Part shown: positions 12,919-25,200 of the stretch, piece by piece
Layout of the letters: each line of letters opens with the position of its first letter
Position numbering within the stretch: position 1 is the first letter of the stretch
Origin: Paraphysomonas bandaiensis
Taxonomy: Eukaryota > Protista > Chrysophyceae
Length of the DNA stretch: 64,000 nt
Assembly (NCBI GenBank): GCA_965644295.1
Contig: CBFFRP010000123.1
Span: 124,001-188,000 of the forward strand
Direction: 5' to 3'
Notes under the pieces: model-generated
What the model was told of the DNA's origin: nothing
What the model saw: only the letters and a program-made list of their open reading frames with translations
Database searches by the model: none
Made by a program: the position numbers and the translations under genes

Positions 12919-14233
12919 CTTTTGTAATTAAAATCAAGGGTACCTATTAGGTACCTCTGTCTACCTAGGTACATTTTTGAGCAATAGATGGTACCTATAG
13001 CTTTTCGAATAGGTGCCACCTATATTATATTGAAGGTCTTTTTATTTAGCAATAGGCGTTAAAAACTCGTTCCAATATAGTGGCTAGTTGAATGCAGGTG
13101 GCACCTATAGCTACCCAGTATACCTAAAGGTACTCCCTAATACACGTACCTATTGAACTACAACCAATATATATTATATTGAAAGTCTTATTATTAGCAA
13201 TAGGCGTTCAAAACCTGCACCAACTTAGTAGCTAGATGAATGCTAGACAAACTAGTTAGACCTCTACCTGTTGCCCCATTCTGACAGCGTAACTAATCAC
13301 TGCGTGCGGCCCCCCAGTGGGTGCTGCTGAGTGTTGCGACCGCGCACTTCTATCTATGTACACATTGCTCAGTTCAGCGGTTCCCCATTCGGGGTCTCAC
13401 TGCATATTCAGCGCTGCTGGATACCGTGTGATAATGATGTAGCTAGTTGGGTTCAGTAGGTAGCTAGCAAATAACGTATGGGACTTAAATCAAGTATTAG
13501 TTAGGTACCCACCCGGCCCCCACCCGGCTCTACCTAAGTACGCGCTCAGAATGGGGCACCTGTAACTAGTCAGTACACACTTTTTTATCCTACTATTGAA
13601 CTACAACCAACTCCTAAGTGCGTAATTGAAGCTTGTGAAGCTTATCGCTAGTATCTATCCTGTATTCTATGTAGCAATTACAGAATATACAGGACTACAC
13701 TATAGGAGTTACGTAGCTATTACAAGTATACAAGTAAACTGAAAATGTAGTAGCTGTTAAAGATACGATTTGTACAACAGAATAATGATGTTGGTATTAA
13801 TTTACGCTTATAGTAGTATTGTATTGGTTGAATTACGTCTTTTTATATAGTAAAATTATGATGTTGTAGCACTGTGACTTAGGAACCACGTCAATCACCA
13901 ACACCAACATTCTGTTCTACAAATCGTATCTTTAACAGCTACTACATTTTCAGTTTCTTTGTATACTTTTAATAGCTACTCCTATAGTGTAGTCCTGTAT
14001 ATTCTGTATTTCATTGCTACATAGAATACAGGATAGATACTAGCGATAAGCTTCACAAGCTTCAATTACGCACTTAGGAGTTGGTTGTAGTTCAATAGGT
14101 ACGTGTATTAGGGAGTACCTTTAGGTATACTGGGTAGCTATAGGTGGCACCTATTCGAAAAGCTATAGGTACCATCTATTGCTCAAAAATGTACCTAGGT
14201 AGACAGAGGTACCCTTGATTTTAATTACAAAAG
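12919..14233. mobile_element. Foldback (long inverted repeat) element; left arm interrupted by insertions
   Basis: About 13890-14233 is the reverse complement of 12919-13023 + 13100-13167 + 13594-13795; spacer about 100 bp. Confidence 0.75.
13272..13558. mobile_element. 287-bp MITE or solo-LTR-like element, perfect 13-bp TIR TGCCCCATTCTGA, 5-bp TSD CCTGT
   Basis: TIRs at 13272-13284 and 13546-13558; CCTGT at 13267-13271 and 13559-13563; homologous to the copies at 12618 and 18657. Confidence 0.85.
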
Positions 14234-14572
14234 TACCTATAGGTACTCAGAGCGGGAGTCTCACTGATGCTGGGAACCCAATTGTTATGAATCTTCAGAA
14301 GATTTATCAAATAATTGCGATTTATCAAGTAATTAACACTAGACCCCCTGTAGCAGTGAAATTTCTTAATTAAAACTGACGCTTTGCAGCACAGAATCAA
14401 TATCAAGGTGTGGTGGTATACAACTGTTCACCTGGTGTATGTTTTGAGTTATCAACAAATAAATAATGTGAGTTGGATGATTGTTGATTACCCACTGATG
14501 TCATCTTATATAATATATAGAATATTTTCCAGAGATATTTGTCTCTGTGCCCAGGCACAGTGGTTACAACTC

Positions 14573-16527
14573 TTAACAAAAGACTTTAACATATGAAAAT
14601 CGAAAACTTTTATTCGTCAATAAACCATATTGAGAGAGCTTATGCTTCACTACAAATTCACGCAGCCTTGGGGACCAATAGCTCAGCATATTTCTTTTAT
14701 CAATAAATAATGCACAATTAAGTTGATCTTTAAACACGAGTTGAGCTGGATTTGTGTAATTTTGAGCCATCCAAAATATATTACAAGTTCTTGTATCAGG
14801 AGAATCTTGGCAGAGTATATTACGCATCTTCTCCGAGAAATTTTTCATTTTCCCAACCCATTTCTCAGCTGTTGTGCCGCTGATCTTTTCTTCAAACGAC
14901 ATTTTAACTTGTGTCCGCAACAAAACTTGATATTCAGACGCTCGACAAATACTAAGATTTAGTCCATCAGAACCATACTCATCGGGGAACTCCTTGTAAA
15001 AAGCGTGTCTTGCGCTCCCAATCAAATCCGTAAGCACCAAATTGTCATATGCATCCTGACAAAGACAAAAGTTTTTTTCTTCGTTTAGCACCAAGTCGCG
15101 CAAAACAATGCCACCGTTCAGGACTAATCCATCTATTGTTGGGATTTCCACGCCAGAGATTCAAAAACGAGCCACTCATTTACCTCATCAGCTGATGCAT
15201 AAACTGAACGTAGCAAAGATAGTTTTTCTGCGTTTGATAAAATTGCTGTTCCCACAGCCGTTTCAAATTGCAAAACACATGCACCAATATCACTTGGATG
15301 GAGAAATCCCACTTTACGTGGGATTACTGTGTCGTCAAAATATATCACACCCTGGTCCATCAGCTCATAGCTTTGTGCAATATCGCGGGGAGCAGTTCTG
15401 AAATTCGACAGAGAGGTCGAAGTAAAGTCACTGGCAGCAATAGCAATGTCTGTCCCTGCGGTTTGCGTGGTTTGCATCCACGCGTCAAACATATATTTCA
15501 TGTAGTCGATGCGAGTTTGATCACCAAATAATCGATTGAAGTGATGTGTCCTTTCAAGCCGACCAAGATAAATGTCTTCGATCCAGCTCGCCAGTCCCCG
15601 AGACTTCACAAACATTTCCTCAATGCTGCTCACGGAAGAAGGAAGAAGAAAAGCCTCCGAACCAATTGCTTCTGTCGTCGCTCGAATGTATCGCTTGGCA
15701 ATGCAGTTCATCGCATCTTCCATTTCGCGGAGAGTCCTAATCGGCTTTAAGTGTAGATCCTTGTATTTCCTGTTGTTCAAACTGTGAAATCTCAGATAAG
15801 ATGGGTATTTGTCTCCGATATGTGGGGCACCAGGGATACAGAAAATGAGAGATCGAAGCACTGCTGCGCTTCCGCTCAAAATTACTAACACAGGCCGAGG
15901 ACCATCTAATTCACCTAGGAAGTGCAGTTCACCTAATATTTGTACGGCCAACTCATCGTCTGGGGATTTGCTATACAAGCACTCCACTTCGTCAACAACA
16001 AGAAGCACGTTGATTTTATGAGCAAGCAAGAAATCCACTAAATCATCACCTCCAATATCATTTAAATCTTCATAATCATATTTTTCGGCAACCGCGCTGG
16101 AAATCAAGGTGAATATACTTTTCTTCGACTTGTCGTCTTTCATATTGAAATAAATTGTTAGCGAACTAGAGGAAGAGTTTAAAACATATGCACATAGAAT
16201 CGATTTGATAAAGAAGGATTTCCCAACTCCACGGGGACCCAAAATTATAAAACAATTTTTCTGACCTCTTCAGCACGACGTATCAAGCTGAGTAAGTCTT
16301 GGAGCCAATTCTAACAATATTTCGCGACGGGATGTATCAAAAAATGTTCGCTCACGACAAACAGTTTCAACGCACACCAAGCTAGAATCGTCGGGATGTG
16401 ACTTTCGGAAATAACGTAGCCAATACCTGGTCAGCTCAAAATTATCATTCAGCAATTCTTTACAATCCCCTAGACCTGATCCTTGTCCCTTTGTGCATAT
16501 ACTCTGTTTAAATAAAAATCTCTTCAT
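14573..16527 (-). pseudogene. P-loop NTPase (STAND/CDC6-like AAA+) + putative PD-(D/E)xK nuclease, Crinkler/CR-effector-like; disrupted
   Basis: Three ORFs join through one in-frame TGA (16272-16270) and one frameshift (~15150); Walker A GPRGVGKS, Walker B LLVVDEVE, sensor strand LVILSGS, C-terminal KEFPDEYGSDG...RTQVK. Confidence 0.7.
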
Positions 16528-18345
16528 ATTTACAATCTTCTTTGTGTAATAAAGAATTAAAGCGTATCGGCAGTCAGCATCTTCTGTTTTCGGAAATGAA
16601 TTGAAGCAAAAATAGTCTCTATTACTGATATACAACTACAGCAGAAATACAGATAATTGTTGTCTCAATATTAGAGGCATCTTGGAACAAAAATATACAA
16701 AGGAGGCCGATACGAGAATTATCTGCTGTGTTCAGTTCTGACAATTCTCAGTTGTTCAGATACTGTATACCAGGTATAGCAATAGACTACCAGTAGATGA
16801 GTTCCAGTTGTGTGAATGAATTTCGTTGTTGAGGCCGTTTCTGACGGTGGTCAAAAAAAAAATTATTTTGGATCATGGTAAAAATTTCTTTCCAACATTC
16901 ACATTCATGGTATGGTAATGCGGCCTATATTAGGAACCTCGAGTCATAATATTGTTATCACGAGTTTTACCAAGCCTATGTCGAGTAGGCTGAGCGCTTG
17001 TTGTGATTCAAACGGTGTCCTGGAACCAGCATATTGCATCCAATATATCTACATATAACTTTTCAATATATATGGCATGAAACCCCCTTTTCTTTACAAA
17101 ACACTGGTTTTTGACAGATTGCAATTGTTATCCTGCATCAAAATTCACAGTTTATGGAGAGCTCCTGAAATCACTGTGAGGTACATAGCAGAGACCAGTT
17201 GCTGAAAACAATGTTGTGATAGCAAAGATGAGATTATGAGTTCTGATTCTGGATTCATTGATAAACGGTTAAGAAATATGCACAGGTCACTGTAGGAGGA
17301 TCTGTCCCTAATTGCGCCTTCCTTGTTGCACTTAATGATCCCACATGTCCCCAAATTCAAAGAATCGTATTATTCTTACTATTTGAGTGATATGAAATCA
17401 TGATATTGACATTCATCTTATTTTGTTGGAATTATGTGCATTCATTGACTGAGCTCTATAAGCGGTATTGACACTCATGGTCCCCTACCCCTTCCAACCA
17501 CGGGTGTAGTTGTCCTATTTTGCAGTGAATTTAATCTCAATGACTGTTTATGATACTGTTATAATGGTTTGATTCATGTAAGTATGCTTTGATGAAATAT
17601 TTAGGCCATATTGGATGAGTTGCTACTTTGCGAAGCAATGTAGTACGCACTTATGTCACTTGTGACGCAAAGTCGTATGATATGATATCAACCCTTCCCA
17701 ATCAAATTGGATGTTTATAATGAGTTATTATAAATAATTTAACTTCATTTTCTTGTTTAGGTTGTTATGTCTTTCACTGTTGGTCTGGAAATGCGATTAT
17801 ATGTAGATAACTTATGCTAGTTGTAATAAACAGCTATCAGACGTTTCACCTATCTATGGTCTCTATTGTATATTCTTCAAGTGTACATATTATATGTGCA
17901 TTTTAGGGTACTGATTATTATTATTATTACGTTTCATTCTGACTCCTATTAAGACGTCATGACTATGATTATATATTGATAACTGATATATATATATTGC
18001 TATTAAACGGACAAAAGACAAAGAAAAGACAACATGATGACTAATAATAAGCATAATAATAAATATATCAACTATGATAACTATATGAGATTATGAGATT
18101 AAGGCTGGAGAAGTTTACTAGGGTATTCCGGGTTTGATATCCACGCTGATAAGGCCGTTCCTTATGACAATCCCAAATTCCATTCCCAAATTTTCAGTTT
18201 CCCAAACTATTGGAGTTTTTTTCTCTAAAATCAAGAATGGGCAATTCATTCCTAGAGACATGCCCAATCCAAATGAAACACTTAATTGTGTTGTCTGTGT
18301 ATATATATTCATATAGATTATACATTTCAATACATATATAGTAGT

Positions 18346-18656
18346 ATGGTGAGAATATACTCTACTAGGCCTAAAGCTCTTCTTGAGAACTATGGTTGTG
18401 TCAAATGCGCTTTGCTCGTTGTTGAACAGAAGACTGAGAAGATTTGACCACTATCAGTTACTTATATGGCATACTGCTATCCCATGTATATGGCCAAGCT
18501 CACTGAGGATGAGAAGGACTCCCTCCGAAGTGATTCGTTGCAGTATATAAAAGTTAAAGGAGAAAGCCGTGAAGACAATGATGTAGACAGTACACGGGGA
18601 CATCTCATCTGGAAGAAGTATGGTCGTCTCAAGGGCGTCACTATGAATGAGCTGAT
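18346..18656 (+). pseudogene. Truncated gene fragment cut by the right-hand repeat of the composite element
   Basis: Frame MVRIYSTRPK...KI*PLSVTYMAYC...GVTMNELI has one internal TGA (18445) and runs straight into TGCCCC at 18657. Confidence 0.45.
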
Positions 18657-18933
18657 TGCCCCATATTGACAGCGTAACTAATTACTGCGTGCGGCCCTCT
18701 AGTGGGTGCTGCCGAGTGCTGCGATTGCTCGCCTCTACCTATGTACACATTGCTTAGTTCAGCAGTTCCCCACTCTGGGTTCTCACTGCATATTCAGCGC
18801 TGCTGGATACCGTGTGATAATGATGTAGCTAGTTGGGTTCAGTAGGTAGCTAGCAAATAACGTATGGGACTTAAATCAAGTATTAGTTAGGTACCCACCC
18901 GGACCCCACCTGGATCTACCTCAGAATGAGGCA
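18657..18933. repeat. Full-length copy of the TG...CA element forming the right end of the composite insertion
   Basis: Starts TGCCCCATATTGA and ends TCAGAATGAGGCA; colinear with 13272-13558. Confidence 0.85.
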
Positions 18934-20112
18934 CTGTCTATTTGCTTGGAGTAATAGCTACAAGGAACTGTGGGTTAAATGTATGTGTCGAGTGACTATT
19001 AGCTAGGTGACCTTTTCGATAAATATTCCTTTTGCTTGAGGAATAAGAATTCTTTCGAAATAAGCATAACAGAAAATAAGAGCCAGCACATTTCTACAAT
19101 ACGTTTGATATATTGTTAACTTCAATAGACCTACTGTTTTATAACAATTAAAGAATAGAACTTCGCTTCCGTATGTCACAATATATCATACGCGTATATA
19201 CAGTTCCTGCGAAAAAATGAGTAATATAATAGTAACAATACAGCCTGCATTCATTAGTTTGTAGCTATAGAGCTATAGTACGCGTAAGTCACATGTTGAG
19301 TTGTGAAATTTTATGAATTCAACGCACTGAATATAAATATATTGAATAGAAGAGATGTTAAAGTGCTTGATTTAGTAACTAGAATTCTTTGTACGTCGTA
19401 TTTTCGGATTACTATGAACTATGAACTCTATAAACTATACACAAGAGTATGACTGATGAATGACATGTGAAATTCAAAATGCAACTCCTAAATAGTGTAA
19501 ATCAGTATACTATACTTACAAACGTGGTACGTGATTTATTTTATATTGAAACTGTAAAATAGATAAGTATGCTGGTGTTCTTAGCTGTGCCTTTACAGCT
19601 TTACAGTTGCCAATATATTCGAAATTGACAATTTAGAATTCTTTTAGCTGAAAGGAAAGTACACACACATTGTGATCAATACCCCTTATCAGACTTCCAT
19701 CCGATTCACTAAATTTATATCGTCACAACTACCACTCAATATAGAAAGATCAGATAATATAGTGACGATCGTGTATGGTCAATATATTTCAGTTTCACTC
19801 ACATAGTTCATATCATATCTTAGTTTATGTAATGCTGTTTGTAACTACTATATTCGTATGTAATGGTCATATTCAAACACTGCTTTTAACTGCATATAGA
19901 CAAGCGAAACAAAATACTCGATGTACATTATTATTACGGCGATATACTACAATACAATTATAGAATAGATACACTGCATCTATTGTTTCAATGTTGCTGC
20001 TATTTTGATATGCCGGACAGTTTTCGCTGTTGGGCAATCATGTTGTGTACTGGCATCGAAAAGCATAGAAAATACACTCTGATCGTAAACTACAACATCC
20101 ACAAATCAAAAC

Positions 20113-21531
20113 TCATAGAATGCCTTCCATTTTCAGAAGCGTTTCTTTCCGAATCTTTGCAGTGAATTGAAGAGGAAGACACCAGTTCGGACTGTCGTCA
20201 TCAATCTAAAATGTATATACGTTACGCAAGTAGGTAGTACCTACTATTCATTTACCTTCCTGAGTCCAAGGTGAAAGAAATCGTCTGTCAGTCTTACACC
20301 AGTGACGCCGAGCTCGAAACCCGGAAATTTTACACTGCGTAACCTGAACACGTCTCCCGCTCTGAGAACCCCCTCTGTATCTCTTTCCTTGTGTCGGATC
20401 TTACCCTTAATAGACTCCAGTCCCTTCTCCAGGGTATTGAGCGAAGCTTTCTCGATTATTTCTACACGGAAGGCCCCGCTTCGTCGAGGGACAGATGAAG
20501 ACCAGGCTATCCACCACCCTCGCACCACCGACATAAACCTATATAAAGCAATGTGACCATTTAGAGTCATACAACGTGTATAAATTTCTCAATACTCACT
20601 TTCCATGATTTTCAATGACGATGCAATCTCCGTCCTGTAACTTCTGTCCACTCAATTGCGACTCGAACTTAGTGCGAGAATTATCCGCTTCTCCATCTGA
20701 ACTCTCACGCCATCCAACAAAGTGTACAGTGTCCGGCATTTTCGCCGGGGCAGCCGCAGCGTACATGTCAACAGACCGAACCTCAAAAGCCTTTGCATCA
20801 TTGGCTGCATTTGGAATTTTCCCGGAAAGTGTGATATCCAAGCCATATCTAATCGCACCCCGGTGATCCATAATAGTTGGAATCATGCTGGAAAGCGTAT
20901 GAGCTTTCTTGTGTTGAATTTCCTCTTGCGTCAGAGGATTGAATTCATCAAGTATTGCAATGTAACAATGTACGGTGGAAAACCCGAAGAGATCTTTGTT
21001 TGCAAAGTCATTAGATATTAGGGGTACAAGAGCAGCATCAGGCTTATCAAGGAACTTTCCCTTCCCAGACTCTATGGAAACTCTGCTGGCAGGATGAACG
21101 TGGTATGCATCTGCAATCATATTCCGCACCTCCAATAGTGTTACATCAGAATTTTTTAACCAAACTTCTTTCTCGTTATCACTATCTATCAAATGTACTC
21201 GCAATCGAATAGTTTCTGCACCAGAATTTTTTTTTGATAATCTTACTAATACACCAATCATAAAACAAAATGATGCCCAATCTGCTACCACAGGATAACA
21301 AATACCAATAGATGATGCAATAGTTAATAGAATATATACTGTGATGGGTGATATAATGGGAACATATGACAGATGCATCTTATTAATAGACTTGACTTTA
21401 CATAACTCACGCAGATTAGTTATAAGCATCCATCCAAAGTATCCGAATAATGAACATGTTATGATAAATATAAATGGTTGATTCCATGTATATAACATGT
21501 GTTGAATGTGTGATATAGTGTTATTCAGCAT
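20113..21531 (-). CDS. Uncharacterised protein with about 3 N-terminal TM segments and a soluble C-terminal region; 3 exons
   Basis: 311-aa ORF plus two exons joined by GT-AG introns, ending ...LKMEGIL-TGA; hydrophobic N-terminal stretches. Confidence 0.75.
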
Positions 21532-22278
21532 ATCTCTGTATGTATGTATGTGTATACGTATAGTGAGAGAGGGAGTTAATGAGAGATCATTGAATAGAGA
21601 GGGATTGATCAGAGATGTGGTTGTTCAAATGATTAATGAGAATTGTTTTCTTATTGAGTGATGTGATACTGACTTCTATGTGATTGTTAGATACATACAT
21701 GTGTATATATATGTATATGTATATGTATGTACATGTAGAGGATGCTAACGCACAGTGTTACGTATATATATAGAGAGAGTGTACAGCAGTACTGTACTGT
21801 ACGTTTATGTGTGTGTTACCTTCTATTTGTTGTTTGTATAGTTTCTAGCGAAAATTGACCAACTTTTCATAAAATCAGTGAGGATTCTTATCTATATCCT
21901 GGGTATCCATAATTATATTATAAAAACTCCATAAATTTGTTCTCTAAAATCCAAATGCCAGTATACCCCTACACAACACTATCGAAATATTCAAGAAAAT
22001 GCTGTTGAAAAACGGGCATCATGCAACTATATCATACATACATGTCGTAGTGTATGGTATGTACATATGTACATATAGACTGTATACAGCAGTACAAGTA
22101 GTGTACATGTATATATATATATACACACATAGATGTCTGCTCAAGTTTAAATAGTTTCATGATAACAGAACTATTAAACCAACTGTATACTACTCTCATT
22201 ATATCCATCAATATCACTATCAGCTAGTACACTATAGATTGAAAAGACTGAAACTAGATCGGATAGTAACTGTATATA

Positions 22279-25200
22279 ATGTCTAATCCAAGAGAGAGTG
22301 TATCATCACGTGTATCACGTCGTCAAAGTGTATCTTATATTGAACAAGTATCATTTCGACCATTTTGTGTCACTTGTTATGATCATTATGTTGCTGCATA
22401 TTTGTGTTCAACATCAAGGGGGAATTATTTGGCATTATGGGGCCCTGAGGAGCACATGTCGGTCACTGGAGATCTCGATGTCACCTCAGCTAAAGTAAGA
22501 TTACTATATATATATGTCACGATTTATATATAGCAATGTAATACAAAAGTTGTTATGTAGTTCTGTAAGAATCTGTGTAATGGGACAGTTATTGCTCTCT
22601 GTCTTCGAGTACTTCGTGTTCATGGAAGCATTCGACTAATATTTTACGCCACAAGTCGTGAGTATATAGAGCGCTGGGAATTGAATGAGTTCGGTGATGT
22701 ATTGACCTACAATAGTGTGAGACTGCAAACCGGCATTGAGACCTTTATTGTTAGTAGAAATGGGGATTCGATAATAAGCTTCGAATCTAACTTCATCGTA
22801 CTACGAAACAGTGGTTTACGTGTGTATGGCATGTACAAGTTAGGCAAGGAAGTGGCCTGTGACGGTGTACTTATAGACCACAACGATAAGAGGTACCTTA
22901 TTGCATGTTACGAAAGTGGTCTGGTCGTGGTGAGTCAGTAATATACTATCGCTTAAGGTATATGACGTATATTGTAGGGTTGGGAAGTTCTGGACGATGA
23001 GGACGAAGATCTACAGCCAATGCCAGTGTTTGAGCTACATTTGCTGACACGGGACGCGCTGTGTGCTGTAGTGGAGGTGAAGAATGACGAAACATTGTAC
23101 AACCGCAGACTTTGCGTTGCAAGTAGAGATGGACATGTGTGGCTACTTGAGTGGGTAGGTGCCGATACTCTGATCATCTAGAATTCTGTTAGGAGTGACG
23201 AATCATATGCAGTCAATGAAAAATCTATCCGTATGCAACGAAGTACGACGAGTTGATCTCAGAAAGAAGCTGCGATATAAGACAGGAAAGTCTGGTACTG
23301 ACCCCTCTGGCCAACATGATGGGGTTGGGGTTAGTGGCGGAGGACTTGTGGTTCAGACCATGGCTACTGCTCCAGATGTAGGTGGAGGATATATACCTCT
23401 GGGGTGCCGCGCGTCTTCCGAAGAAAAGTATCCCCAAGATGCTTTATACAAACCTGTTCTGTGCGTGGTAACCTCTACAGGGGGCACTGTGGTGATTGAC
23501 GTCGAGGTATGGAATAAATGATTACTAGAGGTGTCGCTTACACGCTGTGCAGAACTTTAAGGTGGTGTTAAGTCTCTCCGCCAGGGATCAGCGCAATGAG
23601 CTTAGTGATTTATTCCATGGCGCCCCGGTTGTTTCCTCCTGCATAACTTCTGTATTCTTGGGCGATAATGAGAGACAGCAGGCTGCTTTTCCCGACAACT
23701 ACTCCGACGACAGTAGTGAGGGATCGGTGGATCGAGCCGAAGTTGCTGCCAGGGCGGCAGCTATACTTCGGCGGGGTTCAGTTACTGACTCTTCCAATAG
23801 GCGTAGTAGTAATGCAAGGAGACGTAGCAGTGTAATGCAGACAGACGCGAAGAAATTACGTTCCCAGCTGTTTGCTGTAGAGGCTGCTCGCATGCGACCA
23901 AGCAGCGAAGAATATGTCCTCATTACTTTGTCCGTGATCCTAAGCGGGTTCGACCGGAAGATAACCCTTCGACCGACCTACATTAAGCGTATAAATTCGA
24001 AAGCGAACAATAGGAATAATTATGTTCCTTGCACGGTATAACCTATTTTGTCAAACCTATAAATTGGGAATTATATCTATGGAGTAGGGTGATAAAAGAG
24101 AAACTGAGCAAAAGGAGCATGTAAGATTTGCGAGTAGAGATAGTAGGCCCCCTGCGTCCGAGCAGCAACAGCAGGCCGAGAAGGAGGTACGCAGACTGCC
24201 GCGATGGGCACAGACGGATAGTGCTGACAGTCTCCTGGAAGATGGTGTAGGATCTCTTCACCTTGCCACTGAAGAGTGCAAGGACAATGATTCCTTACAA
24301 GACCAGCCGCTATCTTTTTTCACCCCACCTCCAGCCTGTCTACCTGAAAAATCACCTTTACACGCCCTTTCACCCACTCCTTCTGGATTACCGACCACAG
24401 GAAAGTACCAAGACTCTGCGCGTAGTAGTGTTTCACGGGCGCGGTCCACGGGAGGAAGAGGGGATTGGGAAAAGCCTGGAAAGACTAAAACCGGGGAGTT
24501 AGTGGACCTTCCGGTCACTTTTCATTGCCGGGTGAAGTCATCAGGATATGGGAGCGCTGATGTTGCATCCAATAGATGGAAGCAGCGCCGTCAACCGAAC
24601 ATGAAGCGACGCTCTCTTTCAGCTTCCAGGGCGGCGAACAAGGATCGTACTACTGATGGGGCGAGATTAAGAATGTACCCCAAAGATTGTTCTCTTCTTA
24701 CTGTTAGACAGGAGCATAATGTGAGCGACGTCTTGTAGAGACATCTTTTTCTAACTGTATACTTGTCATCTATAGGATTACCCGCCTCGGGTATCATCAA
24801 TCCAAATGACTCCCATTATGCGAATGAGTTTTTCCGCTGACGGCAGTAACATAGGCATTGTCAGTGCAGGGAATGATGTGGGGACGCTGAAGACTCCTCT
24901 TGGGCGATATAAAGGAGAGGGTAGGTGCACTTGCCTCCTACTGCATCGGGGTCATTTTTTTCTTATTGCAGGTTTGTTTTATCTTGGTCATGATGGTCAA
25001 GTGAACACTGTTGAGTTTTCACATAGCAGCAATCTCCTCATATCTTCATCTGCTGACCACACTGCGCGTATTTGGCGGATGGGGAAGGTGGACTCAGCAG
25101 CCGTAGTCCTCTCTCACAAGCACAATAACCCCAAGGTTGGAGGTCCAGGACCATCTCCGCACAAACCGCCGCGGCCCTTGTCACAGACTAGGAACAAACC

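Larger units (their letters stand above)
12618..18933. mobile_element. 6.3-kb composite insertion bounded by direct copies of a TG...CA element, flanked by 5-bp TSD CTGTC
   Basis: CTGTC at 12613-12617 and 18934-18938; copies at 12618-12776 (truncated) and 18657-18933 are almost identical over the shared part. Confidence 0.7.

Noticed and set aside
16930-17560. Coding-like stretches inside the composite element
   Set aside because: Many stops and no recognisable motif; cannot support a call
16270-18447. In-frame TGA codons in two cargo frames as readthrough, selenocysteine or a variant genetic code
   Set aside because: Host genes here end in TGA (CFAP53, DNAAF9, methyltransferase) and the NTPase gene also has a frameshift; simple decay is more parsimonious
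12618-18933. Canonical autonomous LTR retrotransposon
   Set aside because: No gag, integrase or RT motifs, no PPT before the right repeat, and no PBS visible
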